Source of the DNA: Dehalococcoidia bacterium
GTDB lineage: Bacteria; Chloroflexota; Dehalococcoidia; Lucifugimonadales; QGNO01
NCBI GenBank assembly: GCA_965261825.1
Contig: CBDHED010000003.1
Location: 135,090-199,089 of the forward strand
Direction of reading: 5' to 3'
DNA length: 64,000 bases
The position numbers and the translations under genes are program-made. The notes under the pieces were generated by a model that saw nothing but the letters and a program-made list of their open reading frames with translations, was not told the origin of the DNA and made no database searches. Each line of letters begins with the position of its first letter. The stretch's first letter is position 1. Below, one piece after another: positions 46,427 to 56,301 of this stretch.

Positions 46427-48289
46427 ATGGACGCTTATCGCATTCTCCGCAATAGATTGTGGATCACCGCCATCATTTCAGTGGGCTTGATTGCGCTGCT
46501 GGCCTGTGGCTCCACGGAGGAGGCAACACCGACGCCTACGGCAACGGTTGCCGCGCCCGTCAGCGCCGCCACGCCTACACCTGAACCGCCAATGGCCGAT
46601 GAACCGGTCTACGGCGGCGTGGCAAGGATTGCCGACAGAATACGGGCACAATCCTTTGAGCTTACCCACCTTGGTGGAGGCCTGCAGCCTGCCAATGGCA
46701 TCGGCCCAATCGTCTGGTCGGCGCTGATCAGAGAAAGCATCGTGGACCGTGTAAGCTTGGAGGGCGATCTTGCCGAATCCTGGACAGTAAGCGCGGACGG
46801 TACGGAGTGGAAGTTCAAGATTCGTGAAGGGATCGTGGACCACAACGGAGATCCATACGGTGCGGAAGAGGTACGTTATCTTTTGCACCGCATGGTCGAC
46901 CGGCCCAACGACGCCCCTTACTCGCAGGGCGGCGGCTGCATGAAGACGGCGATAAAGGAACCCACCAGCGCCGGCGGCGCTGAGGTTAGCGGGCCGAACG
47001 AGGTTACCATTCGACTCAAAGGTCCCACTTCATGGTTTGCCGCTTGTGTCAGCAGCGGATACGTGATGTTCGGCCCTGCCAAGCAGTACAAGGCAATCGA
47101 CGACACGGGCGAGTGGAGACTCCTGGACTTCGATAAAGATGAGGTAATAGGCACCGGGCCTTTCAAGGCCGTGGATCTACTGGAGGAGTCAAGGGCCGTT
47201 TACGAAAAGAACGAAAGGTACTTCAAAGAAGGACGGCCATACCTTGACATGGTGGAGATATTCCACGCCACTGAGCGCTCCACGGTGATCGCCGCCATGT
47301 TGGCCGGGCAGAACGACCTGATTGCCAATACCTGTTGCGACGGATTCCGCGCCGAGTTGACTCCCATAAAGAAAAGCCATGGAGCCAAGATTGTTATGCC
47401 CATCGCGGTAGGCTACGGGCAGGCGGGGATCATGGTGAACCTCAGGCGTGCTCCATTTGGTCCGCTGGACGACCCAACGGCGCGCACCATCCGCAAGGCT
47501 ATGCAGCTCTGGTACGACAGGGACGAGAGCGGGCAGGCGGGATACCAGGGCATGTACATGAAACCGTACTACTACTACCCCGGCTGTGCTCATTGCGAGT
47601 TGCCAGGCTTCGATTGGATATACACGCCGGAGCAGTGGGAAGAGTTCCCCGGATTCAATCCCGACACCAAGGAAGCGGACATAGCGGAAGCCAAGCGTTT
47701 GATGGAATCCCTGGGGTACGGCCCGGACAATATGCTGGAGTTCGACCTGGCCGTGTCCGCCAGCGGCAGCACGCGCCGCCAGGCTGACGCCGCCATTCCC
47801 AAGATGGCCCAGATTTATCTGAAGCCAAACGTACGGGTCAGCCAGATTGGCCAGGGCGAGATGGGAGACGATACCACGCAGATGGTGTTCTTCGTCCGCG
47901 GTTTCGGACTGCTTGACCCGCAGCAGTACGACGACCAGCTATACCTGCCCTTTGAGGTCTACCAGAACTCCAACTGGAACCGCTACGACAACCCTGAATA
48001 CCTCAGGCTGCACAGCCTGGCCGCCACCACCGTAGACCAGGCGGAGCGCGGACGCCTCTACAGAGAGATAGTCGATGTCCTGTACGAGGATGCCGGCATA
48101 TTGCCAAGCAGCCGTGCAACCCCCATACATCCCTTCAACGGTGCTTGGCGCGGCTGGACGCCCAAGACAAGGCACGTTCAGAATTCAAGCATTGAAAACG
48201 TCTGGATACATCCCAGCGGTGAGGCCAGCCAAGAGGTGCTTGAGCAGTACGACGTCTTCACCAGGTTTCCTGACCGGTTCCCTCAATAG
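46427..48289 (+). CDS. ABC transporter substrate-binding lipoprotein, family 5, copy 2
   Basis: Lipobox LLACGS, a Thr/Pro linker, PVYGGVARIA... Paralog of 35058-36923. ATG 46427 has GGGAGG upstream. Confidence 0.85.
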   Translation: MDAYRILRNRLWITAIISVGLIALLACGSTEEATPTPTATVAAPVSAATPTPEPPMADEPVYGGVARIADRIRAQSFELTHLGGGLQPANGIGPIVWSALIRESIVDRVSLEGDLAESWTVSADGTEWKFKIREGIVDHNGDPYGAEEVRYLLHRMVDRPNDAPYSQGGGCMKTAIKEPTSAGGAEVSGPNEVTIRLKGPTSWFAACVSSGYVMFGPAKQYKAIDDTGEWRLLDFDKDEVIGTGPFKAVDLLEESRAVYEKNERYFKEGRPYLDMVEIFHATERSTVIAAMLAGQNDLIANTCCDGFRAELTPIKKSHGAKIVMPIAVGYGQAGIMVNLRRAPFGPLDDPTARTIRKAMQLWYDRDESGQAGYQGMYMKPYYYYPGCAHCELPGFDWIYTPEQWEEFPGFNPDTKEADIAEAKRLMESLGYGPDNMLEFDLAVSASGSTRRQADAAIPKMAQIYLKPNVRVSQIGQGEMGDDTTQMVFFVRGFGLLDPQQYDDQLYLPFEVYQNSNWNRYDNPEYLRLHSLAATTVDQAERGRLYREIVDVLYEDAGILPSSRATPIHPFNGAWRGWTPKTRHVQNSSIENVWIHPSGEASQEVLEQYDVFTRFPDRFPQ

Positions 48290-48306
48290 GCCTAATGGGC
48301 TAGAGT

Positions 48307-48352
48307 TAATGCTGGACCACCTGCGATCAACTTCGCAGGTGGTTCAGCATTA
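48307..48352 (+). other. 20-bp-stem hairpin between the binding-protein and permease genes
   Basis: taatgctggaccacctgcga - tcaact - tcgcaggtggttcagcatta, with one G:U pair. Confidence 0.55.
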
Positions 48353-48405
48353 GAAATGACTATGGGTTATAATCAAGTAACCGCCACCGGCGAACCTACC
48401 GGACC

Positions 48406-49365
48406 ATGAGAAACTACATCATCAAGCGGGTGTTGCTCTTCATCCCCACCATTCTGGGGGTTTCCGTATTCGTCTTTGGCGCTTTGCGCGTACTGCCCGG
48501 TGACGTGGCGGAGTTGATTCTGACCGGGGGAGACCCCGACGTGGTGATCTCCGAGGATATGAAGGAGGAGCTGAGAAAAAAGACCGGGTTGGACAAGCCG
48601 ATACACATCCAGTACATCGACTGGATATGGGGAGTGACCAGGTTTGATCTCGGCAACTCCTGGAATACGGACAGGCCAATTACCCGCAACCTCAAACGCC
48701 AGCTCCCCGTCACCCTCCAGCTCGCCGTGGCGTCCCTCACCCTGGTTGTCCTCATTGCTATCCCCATAGGCATACTCGCCGCCCTCTACCAGGATAGGTG
48801 GCCCGATTACCTCCTGCGGGGCACCGCTGTCCTGACTAGTGCAATGCCGGGCTTCTTTGCCGCGATACTGATAGTGCTGATCCTTGCTGCCGGGTTCGGC
48901 TGGCTGCCTCCTCTCAGGTTCTACAACCTCTGGGAAAGGCCGTGGGATTCCATGACTCAGCTGTTTTTCCCCGCGGTTGCCCTGGGATTGCTGGGAACTG
49001 CAACGCTGCTGCGAATGACAAGGGCCCAGATGCTGGAGGTACTACGTGAAGACTACGTCCGCACCGCCAGGGCCAAGGGCTTGTCCGAGCGATTGGTGAT
49101 AACGCGCCACTCCATGCGCAATGCCCTGATCCCCGTGGTTACCGTCATAGGATTCCAGGTGGCGATCCTACTGGGCGGCACCGTAGTGATAGAGGTTATC
49201 TTCAGCCTACCCGGCATGGGCGAACAGCTGGTGCGGGCCGTCCTATTGAGGGACTTCCCCGTGGTGCAAACTTACGTTCTCTATCTTGTGTTCATCTCGC
49301 TGCTCGTCAATCTCATAGTAGATATCTCCTACGCCTGGTTGGATCCACGGATTAGGTATGCGTAA
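48406..49365 (+). CDS. ABC transporter permease (DppB/OppB-like), copy 2
   Basis: Motifs: MRNYIIKRVLLFIPTILG, RTARAKGLSERLV, WLDPRIRYA. Confidence 0.85.
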   Translation: MRNYIIKRVLLFIPTILGVSVFVFGALRVLPGDVAELILTGGDPDVVISEDMKEELRKKTGLDKPIHIQYIDWIWGVTRFDLGNSWNTDRPITRNLKRQLPVTLQLAVASLTLVVLIAIPIGILAALYQDRWPDYLLRGTAVLTSAMPGFFAAILIVLILAAGFGWLPPLRFYNLWERPWDSMTQLFFPAVALGLLGTATLLRMTRAQMLEVLREDYVRTARAKGLSERLVITRHSMRNALIPVVTVIGFQVAILLGGTVVIEVIFSLPGMGEQLVRAVLLRDFPVVQTYVLYLVFISLLVNLIVDISYAWLDPRIRYA

Positions 49366-49389
49366 CCAGCCGTTCAGTTCAGGGGGCCT

Positions 49390-50292
49390 ATGAGCACGGA
49401 AGGCGCAACCGGCGAACTCGCACTGCAAAGCCAGCAGCTGAGACTCTTGAGGCCGGTCGTTGCTCTTTGGGGATTTGCCCGCAGAAAACCGCTGGGCGCC
49501 GCCGGCTTGGCCATTTTGGTATTTGCAACCGTGATCGCTTTCACCGGCTCCATTATCGCACCCTACGACCCGTTCGAGACCAGGCTGGACATAGCGTTGC
49601 AGGGTCCAACCGCTCAGCACTGGTATGGTATGGATAACCTGGGACGGGACGTATTCAGCCGCACCATTATTGGCACAAAAGTGTCCCTCTACGTAGGCCT
49701 TACAACCATGCTGATGGCCACGGCCATAGGGATGTTCCTCGGGGTCTCCAGCGCGTACCTGGGCGGAAAGTACGACCTCATTGTACAGAGGTTCATTGAT
49801 GGAATTGTCGCCATACCATCCTTGCTGCTCGCCTTGACTCTGGTCGCAGCATTCGAAATCGGGATGGAAAACGTAATACTTGCCCTTACCGTAGTCAATA
49901 CGCCGCGGATTACTCGCGTAGTGAGATCATCCGCCCTCACCATCTTGGCAATGCCATATATAGAGGCGGCTCGGACCATTGGCTCTAGCAACTTTCGCAT
50001 AATGCTGAGACACATTACGCCCAACACCTTCGCACCACTGGTCGTGGTGGCTTCTGCCGCGGTGGGGTCAATCATCACCGCTGAAGCCAGCCTGAGCTTT
50101 CTGGGTCTAGGCGTCCCCTACGACACACTTTCCTGGGGAGGTCTGCTGGGGGGAGATACCAGGCAGCTCTTCATTTCGGCTCCATGGATGGCCTTTGGAC
50201 CAGGGGTGAGCCTGACTCTGGTAGTCTTCGGCTCGGCTATCTTTGCTGACGCCCTGCGGGACGTTTTCGATCCCAAGCTTAGAGGGCGTTGA
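49390..50292 (+). CDS. ABC transporter permease (DppC/OppC-like), copy 2
   Basis: Motifs: WYGMDNLGRDVFSR, EAARTIGSS, DALRDVFDPKLRGR. Confidence 0.85.
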   Translation: MSTEGATGELALQSQQLRLLRPVVALWGFARRKPLGAAGLAILVFATVIAFTGSIIAPYDPFETRLDIALQGPTAQHWYGMDNLGRDVFSRTIIGTKVSLYVGLTTMLMATAIGMFLGVSSAYLGGKYDLIVQRFIDGIVAIPSLLLALTLVAAFEIGMENVILALTVVNTPRITRVVRSSALTILAMPYIEAARTIGSSNFRIMLRHITPNTFAPLVVVASAAVGSIITAEASLSFLGLGVPYDTLSWGGLLGGDTRQLFISAPWMAFGPGVSLTLVVFGSAIFADALRDVFDPKLRGR

Positions 50293-50346
50293 GCGGGGAG
50301 CCTGTCTTGCAAACGTACATTGACAAAGGGGTAGGAGGACATAATC

Positions 50347-51771
50347 GTGGTCGCTATTGAGTTTGAACTGGACAACGCTACTATCACTAAACTTGCACCC
50401 CGCATTCAACGGCGTGAGGTCTCACCTGTGGAGATTGTGGAATCCTCTCTCCGGCGCATAGAGAGGCTGCAGCCCGTTCTGGGTTCCTTTACCACTATTG
50501 CCGCTGAGCATGCCATGCTCCGCGCCCGTGAGGCGGAGCAAGAAATTGCCCAGGGGCGTTACCGGGGACCTTTTCATGGCATCCCCTACACGTTGAAAGA
50601 CGTGGTGGCTACGGCAAACGTCCGCACCACGTGGGGCGACCCGCGGGGTGTGGACTACAAACCGAAAGAGAGCGCCACCATCCACACGTTGCTGGACGAA
50701 GCCGGAGGTATCCTCCTTGGGAAAGTGGTATCGGAGATAGGACGAGGGCAGGGTGGCCCCGTTGGCTGTCGCAATGCCTGGGATCCCACTCGCAGCCCGG
50801 GGACCTCCAGCAGCGGGTCCGGCTCAGCCACCGCGGCCTCCATGGGGCTGGGTTCCATAGGCACCGACACCGGCGGATCGGTGCGTCATCCCGGCAGCAA
50901 CAGCAACCTGGTCGCTCTGCGCCCTACGCACGGCCGCATCAGCGGCTTTGGAGTCCATGCCAGCTCCGTAACTACGGACCAGGCAGGGCCGTTGACCAAA
51001 ACGGTGGAGGACAACGCCATCATGCTGCACATCCTGGGCGTGTACGACCCCAAGGACCCCATCAGCATCAATGAGCCGCGCTACGACTACCAATCCGGGA
51101 TGCAGGACGGCATCAAGGGCATAAGCATAGGCGTACCCGTGGATGATTGGGTCTGGAAAGACTGGCTTACGGAGGAAGAGGAAAGCGTTTGCCGGAAAGC
51201 CATCTCCGTGCTCCAGGAACTGGGCGCCTCTGTGACAGAAGTGGCTCTTCCCAGGGCCGCTGAGGCTCGTTCCAACTCGTTCTCATCGCGGGCGCCGGGT
51301 ACCCTCATATACCTTGACAAATTCACCAGGGAGCAGTTGGACGCCTGGCCGGAGGTGGGCACCGGCCTCGATGAGGCCTTGCAGGAGTCGGCGGTGAACT
51401 ATCTCCGCTTGCAGCATCACCGCGCCCTAATTAGGCAAGAGGCCAACGAGGTGTTGCGCAAGGTAGACGTAATAGCCATGCCCACGGGCAGCACGTACGG
51501 TGACGCATGGGACGCTGAAAACATCGTCATCCGCGGTAGGACGGTACCCGCCCGGTCGCGTGCCGTGTATCGCAACGCCTTGGCCAGTATTTGCGGCCAT
51601 CCCGCCATCAGCGTCCCTTGCGGATTCGGCAACAACGATCGCTGGCCAATTGGAATGATGCTTCAGGGACGCGAGCTGCGGGAGGCGTTGCTCTACCGAA
51701 TTGCCTGGGCTTACGAGCAAGCTACGCCCTGGCACAAGCGTCATCCCAACCTTGACTATGGTGTTCAATAA
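50347..51771 (+). CDS. amidase-signature family amidase, copy 1
   Basis: YTLKDV (Lys), GTSSSGSGSATA and GTDTGGSVRHPG (Ser-cisSer). AGGAGG Shine-Dalgarno before GTG 50347. Confidence 0.85.
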   Translation: MVAIEFELDNATITKLAPRIQRREVSPVEIVESSLRRIERLQPVLGSFTTIAAEHAMLRAREAEQEIAQGRYRGPFHGIPYTLKDVVATANVRTTWGDPRGVDYKPKESATIHTLLDEAGGILLGKVVSEIGRGQGGPVGCRNAWDPTRSPGTSSSGSGSATAASMGLGSIGTDTGGSVRHPGSNSNLVALRPTHGRISGFGVHASSVTTDQAGPLTKTVEDNAIMLHILGVYDPKDPISINEPRYDYQSGMQDGIKGISIGVPVDDWVWKDWLTEEEESVCRKAISVLQELGASVTEVALPRAAEARSNSFSSRAPGTLIYLDKFTREQLDAWPEVGTGLDEALQESAVNYLRLQHHRALIRQEANEVLRKVDVIAMPTGSTYGDAWDAENIVIRGRTVPARSRAVYRNALASICGHPAISVPCGFGNNDRWPIGMMLQGRELREALLYRIAWAYEQATPWHKRHPNLDYGVQ

Positions 51772-51898
51772 TCAAGCTAGGCTGGCTGAAGCTGGCCGTA
51801 ATTTCGGGGAGAGCTTGGCGAAGAAGATCGCACCCCTTTGAAGCCAGGCTCTCCTTTCTGGGAGACCAATAAAGCATGAACGGCTGCTATGAGGAGGG

Positions 51899-53326
51899 AT
51901 GAAGTTGACCACTGGAACAGTAGACCTAGACTCCGCGACTATCACTGAAACCGGCAAACTGCTCAGGGAACGCAAACTATCGCCTGTGGAGCTGACCCAA
52001 GCCACTATAGATAGGATGGAAAGGCTCCAGCCCATTCTGTTGTCTTTCATAACTCCCACGCCGGAGTATGCTTTGCAGCGCGCCAAAGAGGCCGAGAAAG
52101 ATATTATGGAAGGCAGATACCGCGGCCCTTTGCACGGCATACCGTACACCCTGAAAGACTGGATGGACGCCAAAGGGATTCCCACCACCTTCGGAGGGCC
52201 CAGCGGCCCGGCCCAGCACTACATGCCCCAGGAAAGCTCCACCATCCACGCACTGTTGGAGGAGGCAGGAGGCATCCTGATGGGCAAGGTGGATCCCGGA
52301 ATAGGGATAGAGAGAGACACGGGCGGCCCCGTTGGTTGCCGCAACGCCTGGGACCCTACAAGGAGCCCGGGCACCTCCAGCAGCGGGTCCGGTTCGGCAA
52401 CCGCAGCCTCCATGGGGCTTGCATCCATCGGCGCCGATACAGGTGGGTCGGTGCGCCATCCCGCCAGCAACAGCTCACTCGTGGGCATGCGTCCAACCCA
52501 GAGCCGCATCAGCGGCTTCGGAGTCAAGGCGTCGCCTTTGACCACTGACCAGGCTGGGCCGCTGACCAAGACAGTGGAAGACAACGCCATCATGATGGAC
52601 ATTCTGGGCGTGTACGACCCCAAGGACCCGGCAAGCATCAATGAGCCCCCATACGATCATCGAGCCTGGCTGACGGATGGCATCAAAGGCTTGCGCATTG
52701 GCATGCCCGTGGACGACTGGGTATGGAAGGATTGGCTCAGTGAGGAGGAGGAGCAGGTGGTTAGAACAGCCATCGGCCTCCTAGAGGAACTGGGCGCTTC
52801 CATCATAGAGGTGAACGCTCCCCTGTCCGGGGAATCGCGCGCCCTTATGCAGGCCGTGGGAGGGGGCGGCGCCCTCTACTACCTGGAGCACTTTACTGAA
52901 GAGCAGATGTCGGCTTGGCCTGAAGTGCGCGCCAATCTGGAAGCGTCCCTTCAGCGGCCGTTGAAAGACCACTTTGAGGCCGTTCTTAAGCTCACAAGTC
53001 TCAGGCAGGAAGTGAACGCGATATTTAGGGAAGTGGACGTCATAGCCATGCCTACCGGCAGCACTTACGGCGACGCATGGGACGCTAAGACCGCCGTCAT
53101 TCGCGGTAGGACTGTGCCTGCACGTTCACGCGCCGTATGGCGAAACGGCATGGCCAGCGTATGCGGGCACCCCGCTGTATCCGTGCCCTGTGGCTTTGGC
53201 AATAACGATACGTGGCCCATTGGGCTGATGTTGCATGGGCAACGCCTGCAGGAGGCGCTTCTCTACCGGGTTGCCTATGCTTACGAGCAGGCCACCGAAT
53301 GGCACTTGAGGCACCCGGTCATATAG
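51899..53326 (+). CDS. amidase-signature family amidase, copy 2
   Basis: Same motifs as copy 1 (YTLKDW, GTSSSGSGSATA, GADTGGSVRHPA); a close paralog of it. Confidence 0.85.
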   Translation: MKLTTGTVDLDSATITETGKLLRERKLSPVELTQATIDRMERLQPILLSFITPTPEYALQRAKEAEKDIMEGRYRGPLHGIPYTLKDWMDAKGIPTTFGGPSGPAQHYMPQESSTIHALLEEAGGILMGKVDPGIGIERDTGGPVGCRNAWDPTRSPGTSSSGSGSATAASMGLASIGADTGGSVRHPASNSSLVGMRPTQSRISGFGVKASPLTTDQAGPLTKTVEDNAIMMDILGVYDPKDPASINEPPYDHRAWLTDGIKGLRIGMPVDDWVWKDWLSEEEEQVVRTAIGLLEELGASIIEVNAPLSGESRALMQAVGGGGALYYLEHFTEEQMSAWPEVRANLEASLQRPLKDHFEAVLKLTSLRQEVNAIFREVDVIAMPTGSTYGDAWDAKTAVIRGRTVPARSRAVWRNGMASVCGHPAVSVPCGFGNNDTWPIGLMLHGQRLQEALLYRVAYAYEQATEWHLRHPVI

Positions 53327-53372
53327 GCCGGAACGGCAGGGGCGCTCCTCTCCACTGTACGGTGGGAGGCAG

Positions 53373-54137
53373 CTATTCCTCCACGCTTGACAGGAACTGC
53401 CTTACGTGCGGGAGCACTACGTCGCCCCGTTCCAGCGCCTCTTGGTGGTCCAGCCCGGGCAATACCACGAAAGTAGCGTTAGGTATCTGGTCGACGCACC
53501 TCTCCAGACCTTCGCGCCAGAAAGTATCAAGCTCGCCAACATAGACCAGGCTGGGCATCGTCATGTGTTGGAGCGTATCCGTCTGGTCCGGCAGGTCGCG
53601 CACCGCCGTCAACGAGGCCGCTTGTGCCAGCGGATCGTTTGCCCTTGTCTTCGCCTCGTCTTCTTCGGTCAACGCTCCCTCGGCTTTCCTCGCCGCTATC
53701 ACGGCATCCATTCCTTGCAGCCACTGCTCTATCGACTTGTCACGCTCCTCCTTGGGCCGCTTGTATGGTGACATACTGCTGACGATCAGCGAGTGAAATC
53801 GCTCCGCGGCATATTTGGCGCAGCCGAATCCAATGCGCCCTCCCATGGAGTGACCCCAGTAATGAGCTTTATCTATTCCCAGCTCGTCCAGAATGGCCAC
53901 TATATCCGCCACGTTGTGCTTGATATCGTACGCTTCCGCATCGTGGGGTTTATCGCTTTCCCCGTGTCCCCGGGCGTCGACGATTACAAGCCGGTACTCG
54001 CTTTTTAGCGCTTCTACGTGGCCGGCCCGGTACCATTCCTTCATGCTATCGCCTTGGCCGTGCTGCAACACCAGCGCCGGCCCTTCCCCCTCCACGTGGT
54101 AGTGAACGCTTACCCCTTTGTTCGTAACGTATGGCAT
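53373..54137 (-). CDS. alpha/beta-fold hydrolase
   Basis: HGQGDS oxyanion region and GHSMGG nucleophile elbow, with a C-terminal His region. Confidence 0.8.
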   Translation of the reverse strand: MPYVTNKGVSVHYHVEGEGPALVLQHGQGDSMKEWYRAGHVEALKSEYRLVIVDARGHGESDKPHDAEAYDIKHNVADIVAILDELGIDKAHYWGHSMGGRIGFGCAKYAAERFHSLIVSSMSPYKRPKEERDKSIEQWLQGMDAVIAARKAEGALTEEDEAKTRANDPLAQAASLTAVRDLPDQTDTLQHMTMPSLVYVGELDTFWREGLERCVDQIPNATFVVLPGLDHQEALERGDVVLPHVRQFLSSVEE

Positions 54138-54338
54138 GTCCCAACCTCACTTGTTGAACGGTGAGCCCATCATATATTGCTTGGCTCACTGCGAACAGTG
54201 GTCAGGTGGAGTTACTGCCAAGTTTTTTATTGAGAGGGGGATGGCCGTACGGGGATAGGGGGCATCGTCTACCTGCAACGGGGCACAGGCCTCCACCTCC
54301 GTTGTCATTGCGAGGAACCTGAGCAATCCTAGGACAAA

Positions 54339-54368
54339 CGAGGGACCCACCCTGAGGCGGGTCCCTCG
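54339..54368 (-). terminator. intrinsic terminator-like hairpin flanked by A- and T-tracts
   Basis: aaa-cgagggaccc-(10 nt)-gggtccctcg-ttt. It lies 66 nt downstream of the vWA gene stop on the minus strand. Confidence 0.55.
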
Positions 54369-54433
54369 TTTATCTGACTCTGCAGGTCTCCTATGCGCCA
54401 CTGTCGCAAGGGCAGGCAGAGTCCTGTTCCGGG

Positions 54434-56178
54434 CTACCTGCTGCTCTGCAGCAACTGGATCCTCTCCGTCCGAACCGCCAAATCCGTGAACTCCGCAAAG
54501 TCTATCTCCTCGGGCAGAAGCTGCTGGATGCGCCTGGCCTGAGAGATCACTTGCTCCAGACTTCCCTCCTGCGCCCAGTAGCTCTCCCGGAGTATCTCTG
54601 CGTACTCGGCCACCACGGCCGACACCTGGAACCTGGGTGAAGCCTGCTCAAGGGATGACTCCAGATCTTCGCGGTTGAACTCTCGGTAGATCTCGGAAAC
54701 CACTCCGCTGTCCGGGTCCTCGTACCGCACTCGGGCAGTGCTGAGCAGTCCACTGGCACCGTCCTTCAGCTTCAGCTCGTATAGGGCGGTTACGCTGTGG
54801 TCAGCGCCTATCTCGCCGGCGTCCACCGCATCGTTCCTGAAGTCCTGGTCGTCCACCCGGCGGTTCTCGTACCCAAGCAGCCTGTAGCGGCTCACCACGT
54901 CAGGATTGAACTCGACCTGAATTTTGCCATCCTTGGCAATGACTTGCAGCGTCCCGGTGAGGTTTTCGACGAATATTCTGCGGGCCTCTGCCAGCGTATC
55001 AACGTAGTGGTATGAGCCGTCGCCGTCGTTGGACAGTTGCTCCATCAGGATGTCGTTGTAGTTGCCCATGCCGAATCCCACAGTGGTCAGGGTGATGCCC
55101 TGTTCGACGTTCTCCCTGATCCGCCGCAGAATGGACTCCGCTCCTGTGTTTCCGACGTTGCCGACGCCGTCGGAGAGGACTATGACACGGGTTATGCGTC
55201 CGGGCTCCACCTCGCTGGAGGCCATCCGGTACGCCAGACGCAGCCCATCCTCCACATACGTAGACCCTTCTGGATGCAGCGAGTCTATGGTTCTCATGAT
55301 CCTAGCCTTATCCTCGCCGTCGGTAGGCTCCAGCAACACAGAACCGCGGGAGCCGTAGATCACTATGCCTACCTTGTCCGTGGGCCGTAGCTCATCAACC
55401 AGGAGCCTCAGGGACTGCTTGACGAGCCCCAGCCTGTCCTCCCGGCCCATTGAGCCGGACACGTCGATGGTGAAAATCAGGGTGGCGTCCTTTCGCTCCT
55501 CGCTGCTGACGGACTTGCCCTGTAGACCCACTCGCATCAGCCAGTGGTTCTCCATGCCAAAGGGCGAGGGCGAACCTTCCATGTGAATGGCGAATTCTCC
55601 CTCCTCCGGCCGCTCGTATCCCTGGTCGAAGTAGTTCACGAACTCCTCTACGCGTACCGAGTCGGGGTTCGGGAGATTGCCGTCCTGCACGAACGCCGCG
55701 CCACCGTGTACGAAGCCGTATCGACGTCTACGGCGAAGGTCGAAAAGTGGTCATCCTCCGTATCTATAAAGGGGTTGACTCCGTAGTGCTTGAAGAACGT
55801 CACGTCGTACGGCTCATCGTTAACGGTGGCGGAGCCGCCTATGTTGTTGAAACCCTCCTGCATGGGGACCGCTGTCGGCTGTGATTGGGAGGGAGCTGTA
55901 AGCATTACTCCAGGAGGGGGTGGAGTGGCAGCGGTTATCGGTGGTGCACCAGGGGCGGGCGTCGGCTGTGATTGGGGGAGAGTTATAGGCGGTGCTTGGA
56001 GGGCTGGCGCCTCTGATCCACTTGGGCCCTGGGCTCCTTGAGGGCCAGGTTGGGCGGTTGCCGGCTGTGATCCGTGGGGAGCTGAAAGCTCTGATTCAGA
56101 TGGCGCGCCGCACGCTGCCGCCAGTAGCAGCAGAACCATCCCTAGGGCTATACCGGTTGTCCTGATAATGCGTTCCAT
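54434..56178 (-). pseudogene. vWA-domain lipoprotein (vWA_N + VWA + DUF3520 architecture, YfbK-like) split by a frameshift or indel
   Basis: Upstream ORF: signal/lipobox, Pro-rich linker, then ...FIDTEDDHFSTFAVDVDTASYTVARR. Downstream ORF: (F)VQDGNLPNPDSVRVEEFVNYF...DVSGSMG (MIDAS). The two are one protein if one nt is added at the minus-strand TT run (plus-strand AA 55692-55693). ATG 56178 with AAGGAGG upstream. Confidence 0.75.
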
Positions 56179-56301
56179 AATGTAATCCTCCTTCTCTCTT
56201 TTTCTGTCCTGTGGACGGCTCCAGTGTGCCAAGGAGGCGTGTACATTCCCGACTACAGTTGTGCTACATTTGGACTGTATTGCATAGCAGAGATGTAACA
56301 C

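Noticed and set aside
54186-54401. 71-aa minus-strand ORF between the hydrolase and vWA genes.
   Set aside because: It spans the terminator hairpin, has no Shine-Dalgarno and no protein-like composition. The region is better explained as a terminator plus promoter spacer.
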